A program made the position numbers and the translations under genes. From an uncultured Actinomycetes bacterium (GTDB lineage Bacteria; Actinomycetota; Acidimicrobiia; Acidimicrobiales; RAAP-2), in NCBI GenBank assembly GCA_903874965.1, contig CAIQUD010000122.1, positions 31,780 to 95,779 of the forward strand: 64,000 bases of DNA. The letters are read 5' to 3'. Within the stretch, counting starts at the first letter, position 1. Each line of letters starts with the position of its first letter. Positions 8,825-17,493 of the stretch are shown in pieces. The notes under the pieces are model-generated. The model did not search any database, was not told where the DNA came from, and saw nothing but the letters and a program-made list of their open reading frames with translations.

Positions 8825-10212
8825 TCTTGAGCCTCCTGAAGATGATCGAGGGCAAAGATTGCTCCCGGATTGAGAATTGCGTGCGGGTCAAAGACCTCCT
8901 TAATGGAGATCATGAGCTGGAGCTTGATTGGGTCTTCGAATTCGGCCAAGTACTCGCGCTTTGCTCGTCCGATTCCATGTTCTCCGGAGATTGCCCCGCC
9001 GAGTTCGACCCCAAGCTTGAACATTGCTCGCAACACCTCGTGGCGAACTTCCGGGTCAGGTTGGAAGACCGAGAGATGAACATTCCCATCACCTGCATGA
9101 CCACAACCAAGGATGAGCGAAGAGGTTGCACTCGCAAGTTCCGAGACTGCTTCGAGATACTCGGGCATGCAGGCACGAGGAATCACTACATCAACGAGGT
9201 CGTCAGCGCCGGCTGCCTTTGAAACCCAGAAAGCACCCTCGCGGGCATGAATCAACTCTGCTCCTGCCTTGCCGGGCAGCACATACACCTCGAGTGCTCC
9301 AAGGTCCGCAAGCAGCGCACCTACTTCTTCGAGGTCCTCGTCTAATCGGTCGCCTCGGTGATTCTCGAGAACGACGACTAAATACGCAAGCGCCTGTTCA
9401 CGAATGACCTCAGGGATGGCGAGGTCAATACCGGCCCGCTCGGTGATGGCGCTCATGGTGAAGAAGTCGATGTACTCAACAATGAGCGGCCCGCAACCGC
9501 TTCCAACGAGTCTCGGCACTGCCTTCGCCACTTCATGAAGTGTGGTGAATGGTGCGAGCAACGTCCCTTGATGTGGTGCTCGAGGATGGAGCCGAAGTGT
9601 CGCCTCGGTGATGAAGGCAAGGGTTCCTTCGGATCCGACCAGCAGTTGCGTCAGGTCATACCCAGACGTTGCCTTGACGAACTTGCCCCCAGTCGAGATC
9701 ACTTCCCCTGTGCCGAGGACGGCCTCAAGACCAAGCACATGGTGCCGTGTGACGCCATATTTGACTGCCCGCATCCCACCGGCATTGGTGGCGATATTTC
9801 CGCCGAGACTGGCTGACTGCTCTCCAGGAAACACTGGATAAATCAGCTCAGTTTCTCGAAGGGCTTCTTCCAATTGCACGAGCGTCACTCCTGGTTGGAC
9901 CACGACGACATGATTCTCGAGGTCAATCTCCAAGATTTGCTGCATCCGCTCAAAGGAAACAACAACTCCGCTCGTTGAAGGAATCGAAGCGCCCGACAAC
10001 CCAGTACCCGAACCTCTTGGCGTCAGCGGGACGCCGAATTGTTGGGCGGCGCGAACAATTGCTGCGACCTCTTCAGTCGAGGCTGGTCGCACCACGGCGA
10101 GAGGACGGGTGGCGATGCCGCCGATTGATTCATCGTGCTCAACCGCTTCTGGAATCTCGTCGCCAACACTGACATGTGAGGCTCCAACAATGGAACGGAG
10201 CGCTTCGAGCAT
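8821..10212 (-). CDS. FAD-linked oxidase (GlcD/D-lactate dehydrogenase-like)
   Basis: FAD_binding_4-type N-terminal half (PRGSGTGLSGASIP) with an FAD-oxidase C domain (GGAISGEHGIG). The ORF-track start 10446 overlaps dnaB, so the start is set to ATG 10212 (MLEALRSIVG). ATGA overlap with the downstream gene at 8821-8824. Confidence 0.8.
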   Translation of the reverse strand: MLEALRSIVGASHVSVGDEIPEAVEHDESIGGIATRPLAVVRPASTEEVAAIVRAAQQFGVPLTPRGSGTGLSGASIPSTSGVVVSFERMQQILEIDLENHVVVVQPGVTLVQLEEALRETELIYPVFPGEQSASLGGNIATNAGGMRAVKYGVTRHHVLGLEAVLGTGEVISTGGKFVKATSGYDLTQLLVGSEGTLAFITEATLRLHPRAPHQGTLLAPFTTLHEVAKAVPRLVGSGCGPLIVEYIDFFTMSAITERAGIDLAIPEVIREQALAYLVVVLENHRGDRLDEDLEEVGALLADLGALEVYVLPGKAGAELIHAREGAFWVSKAAGADDLVDVVIPRACMPEYLEAVSELASATSSLILGCGHAGDGNVHLSVFQPDPEVRHEVLRAMFKLGVELGGAISGEHGIGRAKREYLAEFEDPIKLQLMISIKEVFDPHAILNPGAIFALDHLQEAQE

Positions 10213-10351
10213 CACGAGAGTGCCACGGCGAGAGCTCGTTGGTTCATCGAGCGAAACACTTCGGGTTTCGTGGTCATCTGCCACCTCCTGATCCTGCTGA
10301 TTCACCGTAGCAATGGTGACGAGGAGTGAAAGGAAACGAAGAAGTGGGTTG

Positions 10352-11785
10352 CTACATCCCTTGGGCCATGTTGTCGAAGCGAGCGAATTGCCCGAGCCAG
10401 GCAAGCCTCGTATCCCCAACTGGTCCACTTCGGTGCTTCGCAACAATCACTTCAGCAAGGCCCTGAATTTCAGGTGGTGGATTGTCTTCATATTCTTCAG
10501 CTCGATAGAGGAACATGACCACGTCTGCGTCTTGTTCCAATGATCCAGATTCACGAAGGTCCGACAACATTGGTCGCTTGTTCGGACGAGACTCGAGTCC
10601 ACGCGACAACTGCGAAAGTGCAACGACAGGACACTCGAGTTCACGAGCCAAGATCTTGAGACCACGACTGATTTCCGAGACTTCGACCTGACGGTTTTCG
10701 GCTTTTCCTCGTCCCGTCATGAGCTGCAGGTAGTCGACAACAACAAGGGCAAGGTCACCTTGTTGTTTCTTGAGTCGACGAGCTCGAGCTCGAATGTCCA
10801 TCACGGTCAATCGCGGGTTGTCGTCAATGAAGATGGGCGCATTCGAGAGTCGGGTCACTCCCCGACTGACCTTCTCCCAGTCATTGTCCTGGAGCTTGCC
10901 GGTACTCATCCGCTGCGCGTCAACCTTTGACTCCGACGCGAGCATGCGCTGGGTCAATTCAAGGTGACTCATTTCGAGGCTGAACATGAGCACGGGTCGG
11001 CGGAGGGTAATGCCACAGTGCGCGACCATGCCGAGGGCAAAGCTCGTCTTACCCATTCCAGGTCGGGCACCAATAATGGTGAGACTCGTTTGCTGGAGCC
11101 CTGCGAGCAATTTGTCGAGATCGGTGTAACCCGTTGCCAGTCCCGTGACCGTGCCGTCTCGGGCAGCCAAGGCGTCAATCCGGTCGAGCGACGGCGTAAT
11201 CAGATCCTTGATCTGCTTCATTGAATCTTCAGCTCGATCTTCGGACACCTCGAGCACCAACTGCTCAGCGAGATCAACTGCACCCGCTACGTCTTCGGGA
11301 ACCGTAAAGGCCAAGTCGGAAATTTCTCCGGCAACGTTGATGAGGCGACGAAGCACTGCGTGCTCCGCAACGATGCGGGCATAGTGCACTGCGTTGGCCG
11401 TCGAGGGAACGTTGGCTTGGAGTGCCACAAGCACCGAGGGGTCACCAACGAATTCGAGCAGCCCTGAACGGGTGAGCTCGTCGGTGACCGTCACGGCATC
11501 GATAGGTTCGCCACGGTTGTAGAGCGCGACGACGGCAGAGTAGATATGCCCGTAGCCCGGCTTGTAGAAGCCGCTCGCATCAACAATGTCTAAGACCGCA
11601 GCGGTTGCGTCAGCGGAAAGCAACATCGCGCCGAGGAGCGACTCCTCCGCTTCGAGGTTGTGCGGGGGAACTCGAGGACCGTCTTGTTGTGGTCGGGTCC
11701 GGGAACGTCGTTGGTCATCAAGGGCGTACACCATTAGGTCTCTACTCTCTCTCTCCATCGCTGTGGAGCGATAGGGGCGCAACAT
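10352..11785 (-). CDS. dnaB: replicative DNA helicase DnaB
   Basis: PPHNLEAEESLLGAMLL N-terminal motif, Walker A GARPGMGKTSFAL, and ALSQLSR...RESGSLEQDAD. Normal length of 477 aa, no intein. Confidence 0.95.
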   Translation of the reverse strand: MLRPYRSTAMERESRDLMVYALDDQRRSRTRPQQDGPRVPPHNLEAEESLLGAMLLSADATAAVLDIVDASGFYKPGYGHIYSAVVALYNRGEPIDAVTVTDELTRSGLLEFVGDPSVLVALQANVPSTANAVHYARIVAEHAVLRRLINVAGEISDLAFTVPEDVAGAVDLAEQLVLEVSEDRAEDSMKQIKDLITPSLDRIDALAARDGTVTGLATGYTDLDKLLAGLQQTSLTIIGARPGMGKTSFALGMVAHCGITLRRPVLMFSLEMSHLELTQRMLASESKVDAQRMSTGKLQDNDWEKVSRGVTRLSNAPIFIDDNPRLTVMDIRARARRLKKQQGDLALVVVDYLQLMTGRGKAENRQVEVSEISRGLKILARELECPVVALSQLSRGLESRPNKRPMLSDLRESGSLEQDADVVMFLYRAEEYEDNPPPEIQGLAEVIVAKHRSGPVGDTRLAWLGQFARFDNMAQGM

Positions 11786-11959
11786 GGGGAATTCCCTCTA
11801 TGCAACGGTCGCTCCCTGTGGACAGTCGGTGGACAAATGCGCCAACACTGTGGATGGCAAGAGGAACTTGCTCAGTTCTCCCAAGGGAAACCTGCCATAC
11901 AGGTGTCATTTCTCCACAGAAGGACGCATTGGGGACAACATCGCTCTCTCTGTGGAGAA
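11762..11959. promoter_or_regulatory. cluster of DnaA-box-like 9-mers upstream of dnaB
   Basis: TGTGGAGCG 11762, TGTGGACAG 11817, GGTGGACAA 11828, TGTGGATGG 11849, TTCTCCACA 11910, TGTGGAGAA 11951. The TTCTCCACA/TGTGGAGAA variant also occurs twice in the dnaA-dnaN spacer. Confidence 0.5.
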
Positions 11960-11972
11960 CTCGAGCATGAAC

Positions 11973-12413
11973 TCAGGTCAGCTCAAGGAGTAAGACCGGA
12001 ATCAGGCGATCGGTGTTCTCTTGATACTCGGCATAGGGAGGATAGGCAGCAACTGCCCGATCCCACCAAAGAGCTCGCTCTTCGCCAGAAATCTCTCGAG
12101 CCACACGATCACTCACTTCCGTGGCATCCCTCAACTCAACCAGCGGGTGTGCGAGCACATTTGCATACCACTCAGGGTTGGTTGGAGCTCCGCCCTTGGA
12201 AGCAACGATTGCATAGACGCCTTCGTGCTCCACCTTCATGAGTGGTGATTTCCGAAGCTTTCCGGACTTTGCTCCGACGGTCGTCAGCAGAATGCACGGC
12301 ATCCCCGTATCGAGGAGGGTCACTCCTTCGGTTCCACCCGAAGACTCGTAGAGCGCTACTTGCTCTCGGACCCACTCGGACGGACTTGGTTCGTAGATTC
12401 CCTGAAGTGCCAT
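11973..12413 (-). CDS. deazaflavin (F420)-dependent nitroreductase-family protein (DDN/PNPOx-like)
   Basis: [18 protein letters not shown]...[21 protein letters not shown]...[18 protein letters not shown] is characteristic of this actinobacterial family. Start at ATG 12413 is preferred over 12479. Confidence 0.7.
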   Translation of the reverse strand: MALQGIYEPSPSEWVREQVALYESSGGTEGVTLLDTGMPCILLTTVGAKSGKLRKSPLMKVEHEGVYAIVASKGGAPTNPEWYANVLAHPLVELRDATEVSDRVAREISGEERALWWDRAVAAYPPYAEYQENTDRLIPVLLLELT

Positions 12414-12488
12414 GTCTCCATTGAACCACTCGCAGACGCGACGAAGGGGACGCCTGAGGCGTCCCCTTCGCTCATTCAAACTGACTTG

Positions 12489-12938
12489 CTAGGCAGCGCC
12501 AATGACCTCGACGGTGATCGTCGTCTCTACGTCATGAAACAGCACAACCTGCACTTCGTGGCTACCAGTTGCCTTGATGGTCTCGTCAAGCATCAAGTTG
12601 TGACGCTCAATGGTCACACCCTTTTGGGCCTGAATGGCATTGATGATCTCGTGGTGGGAAATAGAGCCGAACAGTCGACCGTTTCCTCCCGCTCGAGCGG
12701 TAATGCCAATCACAGCGCCAGCAAGAACGCTTGCCTTGGTTTGAGCTGCTTCACGGTCAGCTGCGTCTCGCAGGTCGCGTGAACGTCGCATTGCGGCAGC
12801 TTGGCCGGCAATGCCATCGTTTGCCTCAACGGCTAGGCCGCCAGGAAGCAGGTAGTTGCGGGCATAGCCACCGGCAACCTCAAGGAGGTCACCACGTCGG
12901 CCAACGCCAGGGATGTCACTACGAAGGAGAACCTTCAC
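12489..12938 (-). CDS. rplI: 50S ribosomal protein L9
   Basis: [35 protein letters not shown] start with a GTGA overlap on the rpsR stop. Confidence 0.95.
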   Translation of the reverse strand: MKVLLRSDIPGVGRRGDLLEVAGGYARNYLLPGGLAVEANDGIAGQAAAMRRSRDLRDAADREAAQTKASVLAGAVIGITARAGGNGRLFGSISHHEIINAIQAQKGVTIERHNLMLDETIKATGSHEVQVVLFHDVETTITVEVIGAA

Positions 12939-13372
12939 TCGGAAACCTCCTCGGGAAGAACTTCTTCAACGTGAACACTTGCGAGCGTTGGCTCTTCAGC
13001 GTCACGACCGCCGCCTTCTGAGCGTGGTGCTCGATCGCCGCGGTCACCGCGGTCTCCACGATCGCCGCGGTCACGACCACGACCGCCGGAGCGCTCTGTG
13101 ACGGTGCGCTGCGTGTAGGGCAGAAGGATCAATTCACGAGCGGTCTTGATGGCTTCTGCGATGTCACGCTGGTGCTGCTGGCAGTTACCAGAAACGCGAC
13201 GGCTGCGGATCTTGCCGCGGTCTGACATGTACTTGCGAAGCAGGTGAAGGTCCTTGTAGTCAACCCACACGACCGAATCCCGACACATCGAGCACGGCTT
13301 CTTCTTGACCCTGCGGCCATTGTCCTTTGGCGCCCGCTTTGGCGGTGCTGCCTTGAAATTATTGCGTCCCAT
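12935..13372 (-). CDS. rpsR: 30S ribosomal protein S18 with long C-terminal low-complexity extension
   Basis: Core [50 protein letters not shown]. It is followed by about 55 extra residues ([19 protein letters not shown]...[10 protein letters not shown]). Confidence 0.9.
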   Translation of the reverse strand: MGRNNFKAAPPKRAPKDNGRRVKKKPCSMCRDSVVWVDYKDLHLLRKYMSDRGKIRSRRVSGNCQQHQRDIAEAIKTARELILLPYTQRTVTERSGGRGRDRGDRGDRGDRGDRAPRSEGGGRDAEEPTLASVHVEEVLPEEVSE

Positions 13373-13840
13373 CTAGAAAGGCTCCTCATCGAAGTTGTTG
13401 TTTTGGGGTGCCTGGCTGTAGCCACCGCCCCCTTGGTTCCGGCTTCCGCCTTGAAAGTCGCCGCCACCGGTTCGCTCGGTGCGGGTGATCGTGCCGGTGG
13501 CCCACCGGAAACTGGCCGAAATGTCATCAGCGATGATCACGACCTTGGTGCGATTCGCACCGGTTTCTTTGTCTTGCCACTTGTCGACGTCGAGCTTTCC
13601 GGTAACGGTGACTCGATTTCCCTTTACGAGCGACGAAGCAACGTTCTCTGCAAGGTCACCAAATGCGGTGACATCGAAGAACATTCCTTCGTTGTCCCAG
13701 CCGCCAGAGTCGTTCTTCTTCGACTTGTTGACGGCAACGCTCAGACGGAGAACGGGCGTACCGCTTCCACCAAAACGCAGTTCAGGGTCACGACTCAGGT
13801 TGCCGGTAATGACGACTGAGTTGTCGCGGTCTCCTGCCAC
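13373..13840 (-). CDS. ssb: single-stranded DNA-binding protein
   Basis: NSVVITGNLSRDPELRF OB-fold start, Gly-rich linker, acidic tip DEEPF. Confidence 0.95.
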   Translation of the reverse strand: MAGDRDNSVVITGNLSRDPELRFGGSGTPVLRLSVAVNKSKKNDSGGWDNEGMFFDVTAFGDLAENVASSLVKGNRVTVTGKLDVDKWQDKETGANRTKVVIIADDISASFRWATGTITRTERTGGGDFQGGSRNQGGGGYSQAPQNNNFDEEPF

Positions 13841-13848
13841 CTCTACTC

Positions 13849-14169
13849 CTAGTTCGAGGCAGCGGCCGTTGCGGCAGCGTGCTTCTCAGGGAGGCGGAGG
13901 ACCTTGTGGCGAAGAACAACATCAGCAAGACCGAGCTGACGATCGAGTTCTGCAACCGTGGCGGGTGTGCCAGCAAAGCCGACGAGGACGTAGTAGCCCT
14001 CTCGCTTGTGGTTCACCTCGTAGGCAAAGGGTCGACGACCCCAGCGGTCGATGGCACCAACGGTGCCTTCGTTTGAACGGATGACCTCGAGGAACCGATC
14101 GAGTTCAGTTTGAATCAACTGAGCGTCGGTCGTGCTCTCAAAGATCACCATGACTTCGTATGGACGCAT
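13849..14169 (-). CDS. rpsF: 30S ribosomal protein S6
   Basis: MRPYEVMVIFE... Start moved to ATG 14169, because the longer ORF-track start lies inside a perfect palindrome. Confidence 0.9.
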   Translation of the reverse strand: MRPYEVMVIFESTTDAQLIQTELDRFLEVIRSNEGTVGAIDRWGRRPFAYEVNHKREGYYVLVGFAGTPATVAELDRQLGLADVVLRHKVLRLPEKHAAATAAASN

Positions 14170-14210
14170 GGTGGGTGATGTACTCCCTCTGGACCAGGCC
14201 TTCAGGCCGG

Positions 14211-14229
14211 GCTCCACACGGTGTGGAGC
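14211..14229. promoter_or_regulatory. perfect 9+1+9 palindrome upstream of rpsF
   Basis: GCTCCACAC-g-GTGTGGAGC. The arms carry the TCCACA/TGTGGA core seen in the DnaA-box clusters. Function is unknown: possibly a leader hairpin, the panB terminator, or a protein site. Confidence 0.4.
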
Positions 14230-14320
14230 AGGGTATTGATGCCGATCAGCGGTTGCTGATGGGACTCAAATGGTACCCGGTTCGGCCGAATCAACCAAAC
14301 CGAGACACGAGAGGACCGCT

Positions 14321-15157
14321 TTAGTTGGCCGATTGCGCCTTTGGAGCGTGATACGTCTCTGCGTCAGAGGGGAAATGTCCGCCCCGCACGTCACTGACGA
14401 ATGCCGTGAGCGCCTCAGTGATGGCGGTCCCAATTTCGGCGTAGACACGAACAAACTTCGGTGGCGTTCTGTTCCCGAGACCCAACAGGTCGTGAAAGAC
14501 AAGGACCTGGCCATCGGTGTCTGGACCGGCCCCAATGCCAATGGTTGGCATCTGCAGGGCGTCCGTGAGTGAAGCGCCAACGACGTCAGGAATTCCTTCA
14601 AGAACAACAGCAAAGCATCCCGCCGCTTCAATGGCGAGTGCATCTTCCAACAGCTTCTTTGCTGCGTCAGCGGTCTTGCCTTGGACTTTGAACCCACCCA
14701 TCGTCAATACCGACTGCGGGGTCAAACCAAGGTGGCCCATGACGGGAATCTCAGCCGAAACAATGGCTTCAATGACCGGAACTCGATTCGCTCCACCTTC
14801 GAGTTTCACGCAATGTGCACCTGCTCGAATGAGCGCAGCAGCATTGTGGACCGCCTCATCAATGGAGACGTGATAGCTCATCCACGGAAGATCACCAACG
14901 ATGACCGAACGGGGTTTCGCTGACGCGACCGCCGCAATGTGGTGCTCCATCGTTGCAATGGTGACATGGAGGGTGTCCTCGTGACCAAGGACCACATTGC
15001 CGACCGAGTCGCCAACGAGGAGCAACTCTGCTCCGGACGCATCGACGAAGCGAGCCGAAGGTTCGTCATACGCCGTGATCATCGTGAGGGGCTCTCCCCC
15101 GTCTCGACGCTTTCGGTTCGCGATCATTGGAATGGTCCAACGAGATGGTGCGGTCAT
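14321..15157 (-). CDS. panB: 3-methyl-2-oxobutanoate hydroxymethyltransferase
   Basis: LTMITAYD...LLVGDSVGNVVLGH...VKLEGG...GHLGLTPQS. ATG 15157 gives an ATGA overlap with the upstream gene. Confidence 0.9.
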   Translation of the reverse strand: MTAPSRWTIPMIANRKRRDGGEPLTMITAYDEPSARFVDASGAELLLVGDSVGNVVLGHEDTLHVTIATMEHHIAAVASAKPRSVIVGDLPWMSYHVSIDEAVHNAAALIRAGAHCVKLEGGANRVPVIEAIVSAEIPVMGHLGLTPQSVLTMGGFKVQGKTADAAKKLLEDALAIEAAGCFAVVLEGIPDVVGASLTDALQMPTIGIGAGPDTDGQVLVFHDLLGLGNRTPPKFVRVYAEIGTAITEALTAFVSDVRGGHFPSDAETYHAPKAQSAN

Positions 15158-15579
15158 GGTGCGGTCCGTTTCCGGGGAGTAATCCCCCCTGCTGGATAGC
15201 GGCGTACCAAATGATGCCACGCGCACGAACGGCAAACCTCCACGTCGAAGCAGGTCACCTCATCGGGGCGTCGGAGGAGCTTTTGGAGTTCTGCGCTCGT
15301 TGATGGGCACGAACCGCCTGGCGGCAGTCCCTTCCCAAAGACGTAGGTGACCAGCCAAAGCTGTTCAACCTCACAAATGGGACAAGTTTCATCTGCTGGA
15401 CGACCAACCTTGTTCTTTGCGGCACGAAGCAAATCCGGGTGGGCATCACAGAGTTCGTCGAGCATTTTGAGTCCACGGCGATATTCCGTCAGCAAAATTC
15501 GCTTGCGAAGGCCGTACTCAAGGCTCCCCCCAAGGTCCTCTTGCCCTCGCCTTCGAAACCGAGGCCCGTCCGTTCCCAT
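15154..15579 (-). CDS. DUF5318-family Cys-rich protein
   Basis: CDAHPDLLRAAKN...CPICEVEQL...YVFG...VEVCRSCAWHHL matches the pattern I recall for the actinobacterial DUF5318 family. That family sits next to PadR/ino1, as here. Confidence 0.7.
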   Translation of the reverse strand: MGTDGPRFRRRGQEDLGGSLEYGLRKRILLTEYRRGLKMLDELCDAHPDLLRAAKNKVGRPADETCPICEVEQLWLVTYVFGKGLPPGGSCPSTSAELQKLLRRPDEVTCFDVEVCRSCAWHHLVRRYPAGGITPRKRTAP

Positions 15580-15650
15580 GCCGAGAGGCTAGTGGGGTGG
15601 TCTGTGAACAACTCAGCGCGTTTTCGTGACAAGGTGTTTACATGATCGCT

Positions 15651-15665
15651 GTATCGAAACGATAC
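15651..15665. promoter_or_regulatory. candidate PadR operator palindrome
   Basis: GTATCG-aaa-CGATAC, 19 nt upstream of the preferred GTG start of the PadR gene, in the divergent DUF5318/PadR intergenic region. Confidence 0.4.
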
Positions 15666-15683
15666 ATCTGTTATACTTATTTC

Positions 15684-16352
15684 GTGCTCGATCTAGCCAT
15701 CCTCGGACTTCTGCAAGAAGGAGATCTCCATGGCTATGAAATTCGCCGTCGAATGCGCGACTCTCTTGGCCTGACGGCGAATATCTCGTTCGGTTCGCTC
15801 TATCCAGCGCTTGCCAGACTTGAAGCTTCAGGTGCCGTCACCGCAACCGAGCGGGCTGCCGGAGTTGCACCACTTACCTCTGGCGCGGCCATGGGATCAC
15901 TTTCAGGTGAGCTTGCCGCCCTTCGCGCTCGGAGAGCCTCAATCGCCCGTCCAAAGAAGTCAAAGAAGGTGTACCGGATTACTCCGGCTGGACAAGCACT
16001 CTTTGCCGAATTGCTCGCTGCGCCAACTTCTCCAGATGACGCAAGGAATTTTTCTCTCAGACTGTCCTTCGCTCGTCACCTGACCCCCGACGTTCGACTG
16101 GCACTGCTTCAGCGCCGTCGAGCACAGCTCGTTGACCGCCTGACCGAAGTCTCAGCCTCGGCGCGTCGAGAAGAGCTTGACGTCTACGCACGGTGCGTTG
16201 TTGAACACACCGCAGATCGAGTTCGCCATGACATTGCGTGGCTTGACGGACTGATGGCGGCTGAATCTCAACGCTCTACCCATCACGCAACATCGCAGGA
16301 CCCAAGCGTGGACCGTTCCATGGCCCCGCCAATGAGTAGCCCCAAAGGCTGA
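15684..16352 (+). CDS. PadR-family transcriptional regulator
   Basis: [24 protein letters not shown]...[11 protein letters not shown] winged-helix. GTG 15684 is preferred over the ORF-track start 15642. Confidence 0.8.
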   Translation: MLDLAILGLLQEGDLHGYEIRRRMRDSLGLTANISFGSLYPALARLEASGAVTATERAAGVAPLTSGAAMGSLSGELAALRARRASIARPKKSKKVYRITPAGQALFAELLAAPTSPDDARNFSLRLSFARHLTPDVRLALLQRRRAQLVDRLTEVSASARREELDVYARCVVEHTADRVRHDIAWLDGLMAAESQRSTHHATSQDPSVDRSMAPPMSSPKG

Positions 16353-16368
16353 AGGAGAACATCACCAC

Positions 16369-17457
16369 ATGACCACCATTCGATTGGCAATTGCAGGCGT
16401 CGGCAACTGCGCGAACTCGCTCTTGCAGGGCATCAACTACTACAAAGACGCTGACCCAGAGTTGTCCGTTCCTGGCCTCATGCACGTCATGCTCGGCGAC
16501 TATCACGTTCGTGACGTTGTGCCCGTTGCCGCATTCGACGTCGACGCGAGCAAGGTCGGTGCAGATCTCTCGAAGGCAATCTGGGGCGGCCAGAACAACA
16601 CGATCCGCTTCGCAGACGTCGACGAAGTTGGCGTAACCGTCCACCGCGGTCCAACACTCGATGGGCTGAACAAGTACTACCGCGCCGCCATTGAAGAGTC
16701 GTTGGTGGAGCCTTGCGATGTGGCGCAGGTACTGCGTGACTCAGGTGCAGATGTTCTCGTTTCCTACCTTCCAGTTGGATCCGAAGACGCTCAGCGCTTC
16801 TACGCCCAGGCCTGCCTCGATGCGGGCGTGGCGTTCGTCAATGCCATCCCGGTGTTCATTGCGTCCGATCCCATCTGGGCAGAGAAGTTCCGAGCAGCCG
16901 GCGTGCCAATTATTGGTGATGACATCAAGTCTCAGGTCGGCGCCACCATTGTTCACCGAGTCCTCACTCGGTTGTTCGAAGACCGAGGCACCGCTCTTGA
17001 TCACACGTACCAACTGAACGTTGGCGGCAACATGGACTTCAAGAACATGCTCGACCGCGATCGACTTGAGTCGAAGAAGATCAGCAAGACCCAGGCAGTG
17101 ACGTCCCAGATGGACACGAAGTTGTCTGACGACGACGTCCACATTGGACCGTCGGATCACGTCCCGTGGTTACAAGACCGCAAGTGGGCCTACATCCGCA
17201 TGGAAGGTCGGAACTTCGGCGATGTTCCACTCAACATTGAGTTGAAGCTCGAAGTTTGGGACTCACCGAACTCCGCCGGCGTCATCATCGATGCCGTTCG
17301 ATTGGCGAAAATCGCCAAGGACCGTGGAATTGGCGGACCAATTCTTGGTCCTTCCGCCTACCTCATGAAGTCTCCACCGGTGCAATTCCACGATGACATC
17401 GCTATGGCCATGGTTGATGACTTTGCCAATGGTGGCGAGAACCCAATTTGGCCCTAA
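16369..17457 (+). CDS. ino1: myo-inositol-1-phosphate synthase
   Basis: [25 protein letters not shown]...LPVGSE...NVGGNMDF. Actinobacterial Ino1 architecture, and the same PadR neighbour as Mycobacterium ino1. Confidence 0.9.
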   Translation: MTTIRLAIAGVGNCANSLLQGINYYKDADPELSVPGLMHVMLGDYHVRDVVPVAAFDVDASKVGADLSKAIWGGQNNTIRFADVDEVGVTVHRGPTLDGLNKYYRAAIEESLVEPCDVAQVLRDSGADVLVSYLPVGSEDAQRFYAQACLDAGVAFVNAIPVFIASDPIWAEKFRAAGVPIIGDDIKSQVGATIVHRVLTRLFEDRGTALDHTYQLNVGGNMDFKNMLDRDRLESKKISKTQAVTSQMDTKLSDDDVHIGPSDHVPWLQDRKWAYIRMEGRNFGDVPLNIELKLEVWDSPNSAGVIIDAVRLAKIAKDRGIGGPILGPSAYLMKSPPVQFHDDIAMAMVDDFANGGENPIWP

Positions 17458-17493
17458 CGACAAGCTCCCAGGAGCTGTAGTCAGTCTTTCGGG

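Noticed and set aside
8821-10446. 541-aa version of the FAD oxidase
   Set aside because: The first 78 codons overlap the 3' end of dnaB and have no similarity to the GlcD N-terminus. An internal ATG gives the canonical start.
10352-11785. Intein or frameshift in DnaB (also checked GyrA, GyrB, RecF and DnaA)
   Set aside because: Lengths are canonical and the motifs are contiguous, with no Cys/Ser-...-HN splice-junction insert.
13030-13090. Short tandem DNA repeat as a VNTR or CRISPR-like array
   Set aside because: It lies inside the rpsR reading frame and simply encodes the RGD/RD low-complexity tail. It has no spacer-repeat architecture.
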